Source: Gemmataceae bacterium
GTDB taxonomy: Bacteria; Planctomycetota; Planctomycetia; Gemmatales; Gemmataceae
DNA length: 64,000 nucleotides
Direction: 5' to 3'
Assembly (NCBI GenBank): GCA_036783645.1
Contig: DAIPWT010000009.1
Coordinates: forward strand, 9,118-73,117
Part shown: piece after piece, positions 27,055-36,956 of the stretch
Layout: each line of letters opens with the position of its first letter
How positions within the stretch are numbered: position 1 is the first letter of the stretch
Program-made: the position numbers and the translations under genes
The notes under the pieces: generated by a model
What the model was told of the DNA's origin: nothing
Databases searched by the model: none
Seen by the model: only the letters and a program-made list of their open reading frames with translations

Positions 27055-27489
27055 GGGGGCGCCTCCCTTGCATTCGATCCGTGGGAAACCGCCTTTAGAT
27101 TACCGCTAGGCGTCGCCGCAGGCCAGAAAAATTATTAGTCCGCGCATACTACGCTGACCGGCCTGAAACTGGAGTGCTACGTCGTGGACAAGGGGGCCAA
27201 TCTGGCGCTATTTGGCCTGGCGCCGCCGGAGTTGGCCGTCGAGATTACGACGAAGTGCGGCCAACGCTTTACGCTGGACCTGGGCCGAACCGAGGGTTGC
27301 CCGTGTTGTTCTTGCCGGCAATCAGGTTCACGCGCTCCAGCTGCGTGAGCGCCAGTCCCGAGAAGCACCGAAAGTTCCTGACGGCGAAGCTCTGGAACAT
27401 GACCTACCTCTTAATGGTGTTCGGCCCATTCCTTGGTCTTAATATCGCAAGCGTTCGGGAAGCACAAGAGGCTGGCGTTCAGCGCAACT

Positions 27490-28449
27490 CTACGGCGGAG
27501 GGAGCACGTCAGTTGAGCCGTCCTTCGTCGGCGGCAACGGCTTTTTCATTTCGATGATCCAGGAAACGGCGAAGCCGATGACGCCAACGACTATGCTGCC
27601 AAGCACGAAGGTAAAGCGAATAGGCCCACTTGATGGGCCGATGAGGAATTCAAGCCCGCCCAGAATGACCAACATGGCAAACACTACCCGGAGCCGTAGA
27701 AGGCTCGGTGATACGTTCGGGTTCCTCGATTTGAGCAGACGGTAACAGAGGGGGCCGAAAATGCCGCCGATCAGCCCGAACATCAGAAGGCGAGAAAAAT
27801 CAAAGCCTCGCGTCGGGGCGTCGGCGGCGAGGCCGGACTGGTAGCCGTAGCCTGGCTCGAAGACAAAAGAATCCAGAACAAAATCGAAATCGACCTTGGA
27901 GCGGTCTACGTCGGCGGCGGCGGCCCAGAAATTTAACTGGGCCACGCCAACCTTTCCGGGAAATAGGCATATCTTGCCATGCACCTTGCCTGTATCGCTA
28001 ATGTTCACGGTCTGCTCGATCTCGAAGAAAATCATGTTTCTCCGAGCATCGATCACAGCGTCGAACATCTTTGAGTCGCTGGAAATACCTTTCCGATCGT
28101 TCGCTTTCTCTGCCGCAGCCTTTATGGATTTATAACCGTCCGCCGTTTCGCCGAGCGTCGGCATTCGGCAAATTTGGCGGTTAATGAGGATATAAGGGTA
28201 GTCCCCTTCCGGCTTATCGCTTCGTTGGAACCAAGCCTGATATTTCTCCAGCGGCTCTCCCGTCTGGCGGGCCAATGCCTCAGCCGCCCGGTCTGCGACG
28301 CCAGGCGGCAGACGCCGCCAACTTTCAGGGAGCTTGATCGAAAAATGAAGTTCCGGGTCGCTGTACTGTACGCCTTCGCCGTGGGCAAGGACCGTGACGG
28401 AAAAGAGAACCATGAGGGAGATGCGGAATTTCATTGACTGGCTTTTCAT
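27490..28449 (-). CDS. hypothetical protein: signal peptide, roughly 200-aa extracytoplasmic domain, C-terminal TM helices
   Basis: MKFRISLMVLFSVTVLAHG. C-terminal hydrophobic segments LLMFGLIGGIFGPLCY and VVFAMLVILGGLEFLIG...VVGVIGFAVSWII. Confidence 0.5.
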   Translation of the reverse strand: MKSQSMKFRISLMVLFSVTVLAHGEGVQYSDPELHFSIKLPESWRRLPPGVADRAAEALARQTGEPLEKYQAWFQRSDKPEGDYPYILINRQICRMPTLGETADGYKSIKAAAEKANDRKGISSDSKMFDAVIDARRNMIFFEIEQTVNISDTGKVHGKICLFPGKVGVAQLNFWAAAADVDRSKVDFDFVLDSFVFEPGYGYQSGLAADAPTRGFDFSRLLMFGLIGGIFGPLCYRLLKSRNPNVSPSLLRLRVVFAMLVILGGLEFLIGPSSGPIRFTFVLGSIVVGVIGFAVSWIIEMKKPLPPTKDGSTDVLPPP

Positions 28450-28548
28450 ATCGACCAGACATTCTGGGAGCCATCGACCATTGCCGGCTTCAACAGAAAT
28501 AAACGGCGTCAGATCAATTTAAGATGAAAGCAATCTGAAAAAGCTGTT

Positions 28549-28860
28549 TCAAGACAGCGCCACGCAGGCATTCGGCTTCTCCGTGAAGAAGCGGTGCAAG
28601 ACGCGAGCGACGTTCTTTGCCGTGGACAGGGGCAACCACTTGCCGTCTTCCGCTTCGTATTCCACTTCCGGTTCCCCGGCCAGCTCAAACCGGAGTCCCT
28701 TGGCGAACGCCTCCAGAGCCTTTACGCCCCCAGGTGAGCTGGCCACGAATCGCTCGCCGTAACGAATAGGTTGCCTGTGACTCAGCAAGGGATTGTAAGC
28801 CGCCAGGCTCCGCCCGTCAACGCACCCCGCCGCGCTTTGCCGGCGGTTATCGGCGCTCAT
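28549..28860 (-). CDS. 103-aa hypothetical protein, divergent from the AAA ATPase gene
   Basis: ORF with coding-like composition; no motif. Confidence 0.35.
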   Translation of the reverse strand: MSADNRRQSAAGCVDGRSLAAYNPLLSHRQPIRYGERFVASSPGGVKALEAFAKGLRFELAGEPEVEYEAEDGKWLPLSTAKNVARVLHRFFTEKPNACVALS

Positions 28861-28956
28861 CCCCAGCTATTCCCCCTCCATCTCACCTGCCCACACGCCC
28901 GCTCCGCAGGGTACACTCGATGTCCGCGCTCAGTCCCCGCAGCTTCAAGGTGCATC

Positions 28957-30024
28957 ATGTCCAAGCGTCCCTCCACCGCCGCCCGCGTACGGCCGATGAG
29001 CGAAGTCGAGGCCCGGCCGGTCGAATGGCTGTGGCCGGGCTGGATTCCGTTGGGCAAGGTGACTGTACTCGACGGCGATCCCGGTCTGGGTAAATCGACC
29101 CTTCTTTTCGACCTCGCCGCCCGCGTCAGCCGCGACGGCGTGATGCCCGACGGGGCGGTCGGGCCGGTCGGCGCGTCGCTCATCCTGTCGGCCGAGGACG
29201 GCGAGGCGGACACCATCAAGCCGCGCTTGGCCGCGGCCGGCGGCGATATGACGCGGCTGTTCACGCTCTCGGCCGTGCGCGGCGACGACGGCGAGGAGCG
29301 GACGCCGGAGATACCGCGCGACCTGCCGGTGATCGAGGCGGCCGTGGCCGAGCGCGGCGCCCGGCTGCTCGTCATCGACCCGCTCATGGCGTATCTGACC
29401 GGCGTGGACGCCAGCCGCGACCAGGACGTGCGGCGGGCGTTGTTCCAGCTGGCCCGGCTGGCGGAACGGCGGGGCTGCGCGGTGGTCTGCCTACGGCACC
29501 TAAACAAGACCAACGGCGACAAGGCGATCTACCGCGGCGGCGGCAGCATCGGCATCATCGGCGCCGCGCGGGCGGGCCTGCTCGTGGCCGCCGACCCCGA
29601 CGACCCGCAAAGACGCTTATTGGCCGTGACCAAGTGCAATCTGGCGTTGCCGTCGCGGCCCTTGCGGTTCGCCCTGGCGCCGCGCGACGGCGTCTGCCGG
29701 GTGGAATGGCTGGGCGAAGCGGACTTCGAGGCGGACGAATTGGTGCGGCGAATGTCGTCGGCGGAGCGGGCCGAGCGCGAGGAGGTGCGCGGCATGTTGG
29801 TCGAAGCGATGGGCTTCCTGCGCGACCTCTTGGCCACGGGGCCGAAGCCGAGGTCGATGTGCTACCTCACCGGCGAGGCGGCCGGCTATTCGCGGCGAAC
29901 GCTGGAGCGAGCGGTACGGACGCTCGGTTTGACGACGGCTTTCGGCGACCGCCACGCGGCTGGTGAAGCGACCTACGGCTTGCCGACGCCGGGCGGTGCG
30001 GAACTTGGCGGGTTGGCGGGTTGA
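28957..30024 (+). CDS. RecA-fold AAA ATPase (AAA_25/RepA-like), typical of integrative or replicative mobile elements
   Basis: VEWLWPGWIPLGKVTVLDGDPGLGKSTL (Walker A), LLVIDPLMAYL (Walker B), CLRHLNKT. Start at ATG 28957. Confidence 0.75.
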   Translation: MSKRPSTAARVRPMSEVEARPVEWLWPGWIPLGKVTVLDGDPGLGKSTLLFDLAARVSRDGVMPDGAVGPVGASLILSAEDGEADTIKPRLAAAGGDMTRLFTLSAVRGDDGEERTPEIPRDLPVIEAAVAERGARLLVIDPLMAYLTGVDASRDQDVRRALFQLARLAERRGCAVVCLRHLNKTNGDKAIYRGGGSIGIIGAARAGLLVAADPDDPQRRLLAVTKCNLALPSRPLRFALAPRDGVCRVEWLGEADFEADELVRRMSSAERAEREEVRGMLVEAMGFLRDLLATGPKPRSMCYLTGEAAGYSRRTLERAVRTLGLTTAFGDRHAAGEATYGLPTPGGAELGGLAG

Positions 30025-30035
30025 GCCGTAAAGCC
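29979..30035. repeat. left copy of an imperfect direct repeat bracketing the PLD-SNF2/methylase cassette (3' end of the AAA ATPase gene)
   Basis: CTTGCCGACGCCGGGCGGTGCGGAACTTGGCGGGTTGGCGGGTTGAGCCGTAAAGCC encodes ...LPTPGGAELGGLAG*. Compare 37384-37438. Confidence 0.75.
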
Positions 30036-30160
30036 TCGATATTCTCATCTTTCCTGCGTGAGTTACTAAGCTAAGGGAAGAATGTGGCAAGCGGCGGCCG
30101 TTAGGAAACGGTCTTCCGGCTTACGCGGACTTTCCGCGCAACGTAAGACGATAAACCACC

Positions 30161-33100
30161 ATGTCAGACAGCCATCCTCCCACTCCGAAAAAATTCCTCA
30201 CCAACCAGGGCGACAACACGCTCAGCAAACGGCTCGAAAAAATCCTGCCGCTCACGCAGGACTTCGATTGCCTCGTCGGTTATTTTTTCATCAGCGGCTT
30301 CTTCCGCCTTTACCCCGCGCTCGAATCGGTCAAGAAAATACGCATCCTCATCGGTCTAAAAAATGAGCAGGTCGTTCACGGCCTCATTCAAATCGCCAAC
30401 GAGGACTCCGCGGAAAGCGTCCCGTCCACGGCAGAGGTCAAGAGAACCTTCGGCGGGATGATGCGAAGCGAGTTGATCCAAGCGCAGGATTCACTCGCCA
30501 TCGAAACGGGCATCCGAAAGTTCATCGAGTGGATTCGCTCGGACAAGCTGGAGGTGAAGCTCTATCGGGAGCAGAACATCCACGCGAAGGTCTACATCAT
30601 GACGCCGGAGCATCCGGTGCAGGACGTGAACCACGGCTACGTCATCACCGGGTCAAGCAATCTTTCGCACAGCGGCTTGGAGGGAAATCTGGAGTTCAAC
30701 GTGTTGCTCGCGGAGCCGGAGGAACACGATTATGCACTGCATCGGTTCAACGAACTTTGGGCGGACGCCGTGGACGTGAAGGACGTTCACGACACGATCA
30801 TTACCACGGTGGAAAAGGAATCCCCCTTCGCCTTCTTCACCCCCTACGAACTCTACCTGAAGTTTCTCGCTGACTACTTTCGCGATTACTTGGGCGACCG
30901 CTCGAAGCTGAATGCGGAAAACCTGCCGCAGAATTTCAAGAAGCTGCAATACCAAGAGGATGCCGTCTTCACCGCACAGCAGATGCTCAAGACCTACGGC
31001 GGCGTCTTCCTCGCCGATGTCGTTGGCTTGGGCAAAACCTACATTTCGGCGTTGCTGGCCCTGCAACTCGATGGCCGTTGCCTGGTCATCGCATCGCCAA
31101 GCCTTCTCGATGAAAACAGCCCCGGCTCATGGCCGCGCGTGTTGCGCGACTTCTGCATCCCCGGCCACAAGTGCGTTTCCATCGGCAAGCTTGAAGAGGT
31201 CCTGGAACAGGGCGTCGAGTTCTACAAATACGTCTTCATTGACGAATCCCACCGCTTCAAAGGTGATTCCACACAACGTTACGAGTTGCTCACACGCATC
31301 TGCCAAAACAAGGGCGTCATTCTGGTTTCCGCCACCCCATACAACAACGCGCCGGACGACATCTACAGTCAGTTAAAGTTGTTCCAGCCTGCCCGCAACA
31401 GCACTATCCCCGGACTCCGCAATCTGGAAACGTTTTTCGAGAAGCTGCGAAACCGCCTCAAGGGGCTGCATCGTCTCGACGACGCCGAGGACTACCTGGC
31501 GGCGGTCGAGCTGAACGCTCAGGAACTGCGGGATCGCGTGCTCAAGTATGTCATGGTCCGCCGCACTCGCCGCGAGGTTGAGGAGTTTTACGGCGAGGAC
31601 CTCAAAAAGCAGAAGATCTGGTTCCCGAAGGTCAACGATCCCATTCCGCTGCTCTACCAGCTCAAACCGAAAGAAAGCGCAGTCTTCACAAGCACGCTGG
31701 AGAGCATAACCAGCTCCGACTTCCACTACGCTCGCTACCAGCCCCTAAACCCACTCTACTTCACCGGGCCGATTGAAGACCGCGCTGTGCAAGGCCAGCG
31801 CAACCTCGCCAAGTTCATGAAAATACTGCTCGTGAAGCGGTTGGAAAGCAGTTTCTACGCCTTTCAGAAAACCCTCGGTCGATTTATCCATTCCCATCAA
31901 CTCGTACTCCAGGCCTTCGACGACGGATTCGTGTATACAAGCAAGAAGCACAGCCACAAGGTGCTGGAGTTCTTGGAAGATGGCGACGATGACGCCATTG
32001 ACGCTCTGATCCAGGCGGAGAAAGCCGAGAGGTTCGCAACCGCTGAATTCACTCCCATCTTCCGGGAGCATGTCGCGTCGGACTTGGCCGTGCTTCAAGA
32101 GGTCCAGCGCGTGTGGAAAACCATCAAGCGCGATCCGAAATGGGTGGAATTCAAACGCGAACTCGCCGCGCAACCGGCGTTCAAGAAGGGAAAGCTTATC
32201 ATCTTCAGCGAATTCGCTGACACCGCTTGCTATCTCGCGGCAGGCATCAAAAAGGAAGTGGACGACAAGACGCTCCTTTTCAGCGCCGCATCAAGCCCCG
32301 CGCTACGCCGTGAAGTCATCGCCAACTTCGATGCCAACAGCAGCGAGAACCGCGACGATTACCGCATCCTCGTCACCACCGACGTTCTGGCGGAAGGCGT
32401 GAATCTCCATCGCTCGGCCACCGTCATCAATTACGACATTCCCTGGAACCCGACCCGCATGATGCAGCGAGTCGGGCGCGTGAACCGCGTCGGCACCAAG
32501 TTCAAAGCGCTCTTCACCTACAACTTCTTCCCGACCGATGAGGGCAATGACGAGATTGCCTTGACCGAGGCCGCCAAGTCGAAGATTCACGCGTTCATTA
32601 CTCTGCTGGGCAACGACGCGCGCCTGCTTACGGGTGACGAGAAAATCACCTCGCACAACCTCTTCGACCGTATCAACTCCAAGGAAGCAGTCGAGGGCGA
32701 CCCGGCCGAGCCCAAGAGCGAGCTAAAGTATCTGGGCCAGATCCTTGCCGTGAAACAAACCAAGCCAGAACTTTTCCAGCGCATCCTGGCCCTGCCGCCG
32801 AAGGCGCGTTCGACGCGCGCTCACGCCCCCGAACCGGCGGCGGCGGACCACCCCGACGCCGCGCCGGCGCCTGACCGCCCCGCCCTCATCACCTATTTCC
32901 GCCAAGGCCGCCTCGACAAATTCTTTCGCGCCCACGCCGGCGCCGACCGCGCCGAAGAACTCGACTTCTTCACCACCGCCGAAACCCTCGAAACGACGGC
33001 CAAGGAACCGCGCCAAGACATTCCGCCAGCGCATTTCTATCCGCTGCTGGATAAGAACAAGGAAGGATTCCAAAAAGCAACCACGCCCAGCCTCGAAACC

Positions 33101-33430
33101 TTGGCGCCGCCCACGGCGGCCGGCAGCGGCAACGAGGCGATCCTCCTGAAGCGACTCCAGGCCAAGGATTTCCGCGCCTATGCCGCGCTGACGCCCGACG
33201 ATCGCAAGTTCGCCGCCGCCGTGAGGCAAATCATTACCGACGGCCGCGTCGGCAAGCACACCATTCGTAAAGTGAAAGAGGCGTTCGATAAAACGGCCGA
33301 TCCCGCCGAGATGTTCGCCATTCTCCGCAAGGAAATCGCCCGTCAATACCTCCTCGGCCCAGCGCCCAAGCCCGATAAGGACGCGCCGCCGGCCGCGCGT
33401 GAAGTCATCCTCTCCTCTTATCTGCCGTAG
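30161..33430 (+). CDS. PLD-family nuclease domain fused to an SNF2-family helicase/translocase
   Basis: HKD motif IHAKVYIM...ITGSSNLS. SNF2 motifs I LADVVGLGKTY, II FIDESHRFK, III SATPYNN, V TTDVLAEGVNLH, VI QRVGRVNRVG. Followed by an Ala/Pro-rich, GC-rich tail of about 220 aa. Confidence 0.9.
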   Translation: MSDSHPPTPKKFLTNQGDNTLSKRLEKILPLTQDFDCLVGYFFISGFFRLYPALESVKKIRILIGLKNEQVVHGLIQIANEDSAESVPSTAEVKRTFGGMMRSELIQAQDSLAIETGIRKFIEWIRSDKLEVKLYREQNIHAKVYIMTPEHPVQDVNHGYVITGSSNLSHSGLEGNLEFNVLLAEPEEHDYALHRFNELWADAVDVKDVHDTIITTVEKESPFAFFTPYELYLKFLADYFRDYLGDRSKLNAENLPQNFKKLQYQEDAVFTAQQMLKTYGGVFLADVVGLGKTYISALLALQLDGRCLVIASPSLLDENSPGSWPRVLRDFCIPGHKCVSIGKLEEVLEQGVEFYKYVFIDESHRFKGDSTQRYELLTRICQNKGVILVSATPYNNAPDDIYSQLKLFQPARNSTIPGLRNLETFFEKLRNRLKGLHRLDDAEDYLAAVELNAQELRDRVLKYVMVRRTRREVEEFYGEDLKKQKIWFPKVNDPIPLLYQLKPKESAVFTSTLESITSSDFHYARYQPLNPLYFTGPIEDRAVQGQRNLAKFMKILLVKRLESSFYAFQKTLGRFIHSHQLVLQAFDDGFVYTSKKHSHKVLEFLEDGDDDAIDALIQAEKAERFATAEFTPIFREHVASDLAVLQEVQRVWKTIKRDPKWVEFKRELAAQPAFKKGKLIIFSEFADTACYLAAGIKKEVDDKTLLFSAASSPALRREVIANFDANSSENRDDYRILVTTDVLAEGVNLHRSATVINYDIPWNPTRMMQRVGRVNRVGTKFKALFTYNFFPTDEGNDEIALTEAAKSKIHAFITLLGNDARLLTGDEKITSHNLFDRINSKEAVEGDPAEPKSELKYLGQILAVKQTKPELFQRILALPPKARSTRAHAPEPAAADHPDAAPAPDRPALITYFRQGRLDKFFRAHAGADRAEELDFFTTAETLETTAKEPRQDIPPAHFYPLLDKNKEGFQKATTPSLETLAPPTAAGSGNEAILLKRLQAKDFRAYAALTPDDRKFAAAVRQIITDGRVGKHTIRKVKEAFDKTADPAEMFAILRKEIARQYLLGPAPKPDKDAPPAAREVILSSYLP

Positions 33431-33467
33431 AGGAGGCGTGTCGTTTACTTGGGTGACCTTTACGCTG

Positions 33468-33610
33468 GGTGCCATGCTTTCGCGGCCGCTTTCGGAACCG
33501 AGACAGCGGCAGGGCCGCCGCGAAAGCATGTTGCTCTCGCGCGGCAGACATGCTTTCGCGGGTCGCCGCGAGGGATTCTCACTCCGACGGGGCCGCGAAA
33601 GCATGGCACC
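33468..33610. repeat. nested GC-rich palindromes (ATGCTTTCGCGG family) between the helicase and methylase genes
   Basis: GGTGCCATGCTTTCGCGGCC ... GGCCGCGAAAGCATGGCACC outer arms, with internal CGCGAAAGCATG / CATGCTTTCGCG copies. Confidence 0.8.
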
Positions 33611-33687
33611 CAGCGGATCGGATCGGAACGCGGCGACAAAGGGAAGTTTCCCCCAGTATCAGCGCACACACCCGTAGAGATTCTCCT

Positions 33688-36600
33688 ATGGAAAAGAGCA
33701 CCGCTCAACGCCTTGTCCGCGACACGCTCAAAGCGCCGTTTGATCGAAAACGCTACCGCGATTTCATCAACGAACTCTGCAATGGCTTCGATGAATCCAA
33801 GAAGCAGTCCATGCAGGTTCCGGACGCCTTCGTCCCGCACGCCAAATCTTGCCAACGTCTCGGCACCTTTACCAGCCCCGAAGGCGAGAAGGCCGATGTA
33901 CTCGTCGTCCAACTCACCGAATCCTACAAGTTGGATCGCACGCGCACCGCGCTGCGCGACTTTGTGGCCCACAAGCTCAAACGCGGCGAAGGCGACGACA
34001 ACGCCTATAAAGAAGCCGGCCTCGTCGCTTTCGTCGCGCCTGATTCGCAATCCTGGCGATTCTCTTTTGTCCGCATGGAATATTCAACCAAGCGCGATCC
34101 GAAGACCGGCAAGATTAAACCGGAAGAGCGATTGACCCCGGCGCGGCGGTTCTCCTACCTCGTCGGCGTGGACGAGGAATGTCATACCGCCCAGTCGCGC
34201 TTTCTCACTCTTCTGCAAAACACGGCCGACCATCCGACCCTGGCCCAGATCGAGGATGCGTTCAGCGTTGAGGCCGTCACCAAGGAATTCTTCCGAGAGT
34301 ACGCCCGGCTGTTCGCGGACGTTGACGCCGCGCTGGTCGCCGTCGTGAAGCAGGACAAGGCTGTTCGCGACGACTTCCAGGCCAAGGGCGTCGGCACGGT
34401 CGAATTCGCCAAGAAACTGCTCGGCCAGATCGTTTTTCTCTATTTCATCCAGAAAAAGGGCTGGCTCGGCGTCGCCAAGGGCGGCAAGTGGGGCGAGGGC
34501 CCGCGCCATTTCATGCGGCAGCTTATGGAACGGGGCCTCGCCGCGAAACAATGCCTCTTTGACGACGTCCTCGAACCGCTGTTCTACGACACCCTCGCCA
34601 CCGATCGCGGCCCCGATGCCTGGTGCAAAACCTTCCAGTGCCGCATTCCCTTCCTCAACGGCGGCTTGTTCGAGCCGATCGCCGGTTATGAATGGAAAAA
34701 GACGCACATCGACTTGCCCAACGACCTCTTTACCAACACGCAGCGCTCCAAGGAGGGCGACGTCGGCACGGGTATCCTCGACGTTTTCGACCGCTACAAC
34801 TTCACCGTGAACGAAGCGGAGCCGCTGGAAAAAGAAGTCGCCATCGACCCGGAGATGCTCGGCAAGGTCTTTGAGAACCTCATTGAGGAAAACCGCCGCA
34901 AGGGGCTTGGCGCCTATTACACGCCGCGCGAGATCGTCCATTACATGTGCCAGGAAAGCCTCATCAACTATCTCGACACGGCCTTGAACATGACGCGCGA
35001 ATCGCTGGGCGCGGAGAAAGCAATCCAAGGCAACTTCTTTGGTCAAGCCGCCCCTGCGCAGAAAGCGCTCAAGGTCACGACGCGCCGCGAGATTGTTCCC
35101 CGCGCCGACATCGAGATGTTCATCCACCAGGGCGAACAAATCTCCCACTATGAGGCGGTGGAGACGAAGTATCGCATCACGATGCCCAAAGCCATCGAGA
35201 AAAACTATCGCCTGATCGACGAAAAACTGGCCGACATTACCATCTGCGACCCCGCCGTCGGCTCCGGGGCGTTCCCGGTCGGCATAATGACCGAGATAGT
35301 CCGCGCTCGCATCGCACTCACGCCCTATTTCACCGACGTGGCGGAACGCACTCCCTACTACTTCAAGCGTCACGCCATCCAATCCAGTCTCTACGGCGCG
35401 GACATCGACGTAGGCGCCGTTGAGATCGCCAAGCTACGGCTCTGGCTCTCGCTCGTGGTGGACGAGGAGGACGTTCAACAGATCAAACCGCTGCCAAACC
35501 TCGACTATAAGGTAGTAGTCGGCAACTCCCTGATGGGCGTGAAGAAGAACCTGATCAACATCGAGCAATTCAAGGAGCTGGAAGCCTTGAAACCCAAGTT
35601 CTTTGACGAGTCCAATCGAACCAAGAAGGCGGAATACAAGCGACAGATCGAGGAACTCATCCATGTACTGACCAACGGACGCGAGGAGTTCGACTTCGAG
35701 ATTTACTTCTCCGAGGTTTTTCATGCCAAGGGCGGCTTTGATGTGGTGATCGCCAACCCGCCATATTTGAATTCTCGAAGCATGGCAAAAGAAAGCCCCG
35801 AAATGCGCAAATTGATTCAGGCTGCCTATTCAATGACGAAAGGTAGTTGGGACATCTACATCGCCTTTTTTGAAAAAGGTTTCCGTCTTCTGAACCAAAC
35901 AGGGGTACTCACTTTCATAACGCCAGACAAATGGATTTCCAAACCGTTCGGCGATGAACTGCGAATTCAAACCAATTCCAAGATATTCAGTATTCTCAAA
36001 GCCGGTCGTGGGGTATTTGAAAGTGTCAACGTGGACGCGATAGTTTCCATATATGTGAATGTGGCCCAGCCATTCCTGCGAATTCTTGAGGTTGTAGGAA
36101 CAGACATGCGATTAAAGACCACTGTCCAGAAGAGTAGCTTGAAGTCTCCTTTCCCCTACGACTCGCTATTCTCCAACTGCGGGGACTTTTTGGCAAAGAT
36201 CGATAGGCATCCCGGTAGATTGTCTGAACTCGGACTTTGCGAAAATTCTTGCGCGACGGATGACGCATATAGACTGCGCGAATTTATCGAAGAAGAATCC
36301 CAAACCGCTAGACAAGATCTGTATCTTCGGATGATTAACACTGGCACAATCGGGAAGTATCTTTCAAAATGGGGACAGCGGGAGATGGTTTATCTGGGGA
36401 GCAGGTATTCGCGGCCTGTCGTCAATAAGAAGCGGTTTCTTCAGGCATTTCCGAAGTCGTATGGAAAGAAATCCGTCAGGAAGAAAATCATATTGAAGGG
36501 TCTAAACTTGTTGGATGCTTGTTTAGATGCAGATGGGTGCGTGATCCCGGGCATACCGACGCTTGTGATCCCATGCGACGACGCAGAAACTCTGAAACTG

Positions 36601-36900
36601 CTCCTTGCCATAGTGAATTGCGCATTGGCGTTCTTCTACATCAAGGAGAAATACCCGTCTTCGAGCTACAACGAGGGAACCACGTTCACTAAGGATATGT
36701 TAAACGAGCTGCCGCTCCCGAAGCTTGAGCCGAGCGACAAGGCCAACCTTGTTGAACTTGTGGACCAAATCCTCGCTGCGAAAGAGAGCGATGCCGGGGC
36801 GGACGTGAGCGCGTTCCAACGGAAACTGGACAAGCTGGTGTATGATCTCTATGGCCTAGAGCCGGAGGAAATCAAACTCGTGCAAGGCATCCCCGGCTAA
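33688..36900 (+). CDS. Eco57I/TaqI-like gamma-class N6-adenine DNA methyltransferase with C-terminal target-recognition domain (no nuclease domain recognised)
   Basis: GAYYTPREIV, motif I ICDPAVGSGAFP, LYGADID, motif IV VIANPPY, long C-terminal TRD. Start at ATG 33688 (MEKSTAQRL). Confidence 0.9.
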   Translation: MEKSTAQRLVRDTLKAPFDRKRYRDFINELCNGFDESKKQSMQVPDAFVPHAKSCQRLGTFTSPEGEKADVLVVQLTESYKLDRTRTALRDFVAHKLKRGEGDDNAYKEAGLVAFVAPDSQSWRFSFVRMEYSTKRDPKTGKIKPEERLTPARRFSYLVGVDEECHTAQSRFLTLLQNTADHPTLAQIEDAFSVEAVTKEFFREYARLFADVDAALVAVVKQDKAVRDDFQAKGVGTVEFAKKLLGQIVFLYFIQKKGWLGVAKGGKWGEGPRHFMRQLMERGLAAKQCLFDDVLEPLFYDTLATDRGPDAWCKTFQCRIPFLNGGLFEPIAGYEWKKTHIDLPNDLFTNTQRSKEGDVGTGILDVFDRYNFTVNEAEPLEKEVAIDPEMLGKVFENLIEENRRKGLGAYYTPREIVHYMCQESLINYLDTALNMTRESLGAEKAIQGNFFGQAAPAQKALKVTTRREIVPRADIEMFIHQGEQISHYEAVETKYRITMPKAIEKNYRLIDEKLADITICDPAVGSGAFPVGIMTEIVRARIALTPYFTDVAERTPYYFKRHAIQSSLYGADIDVGAVEIAKLRLWLSLVVDEEDVQQIKPLPNLDYKVVVGNSLMGVKKNLINIEQFKELEALKPKFFDESNRTKKAEYKRQIEELIHVLTNGREEFDFEIYFSEVFHAKGGFDVVIANPPYLNSRSMAKESPEMRKLIQAAYSMTKGSWDIYIAFFEKGFRLLNQTGVLTFITPDKWISKPFGDELRIQTNSKIFSILKAGRGVFESVNVDAIVSIYVNVAQPFLRILEVVGTDMRLKTTVQKSSLKSPFPYDSLFSNCGDFLAKIDRHPGRLSELGLCENSCATDDAYRLREFIEEESQTARQDLYLRMINTGTIGKYLSKWGQREMVYLGSRYSRPVVNKKRFLQAFPKSYGKKSVRKKIILKGLNLLDACLDADGCVIPGIPTLVIPCDDAETLKLLLAIVNCALAFFYIKEKYPSSSYNEGTTFTKDMLNELPLPKLEPSDKANLVELVDQILAAKESDAGADVSAFQRKLDKLVYDLYGLEPEEIKLVQGIPG

Positions 36901-36956
36901 TTTCCCTCGTTCCCGAACTCCTGTTTTTGCCTGACCCGATTGTCCGTTCGGTGCCA

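Noticed and set aside
28771-28956. N-terminal 62 codons of ORF 28771-30024
   Set aside because: They overlap the divergent 103-aa gene and are Pro/Arg-rich. The conserved ATPase N-terminus begins at the internal ATG at 28957.
34084-35382. 432-aa minus-strand ORF inside the methyltransferase gene
   Set aside because: Antisense shadow of a gene with unambiguous methyltransferase motifs. No motifs of its own.
30161-36900. Calling the PLD-SNF2 plus methylase pair a class 1 DISARM system
   Set aside because: The DISARM core genes drmA (large helicase) and drmB (DUF1998) are absent from the cassette and its surroundings. Only DrmC/DrmD/DrmMI-like parts are present.
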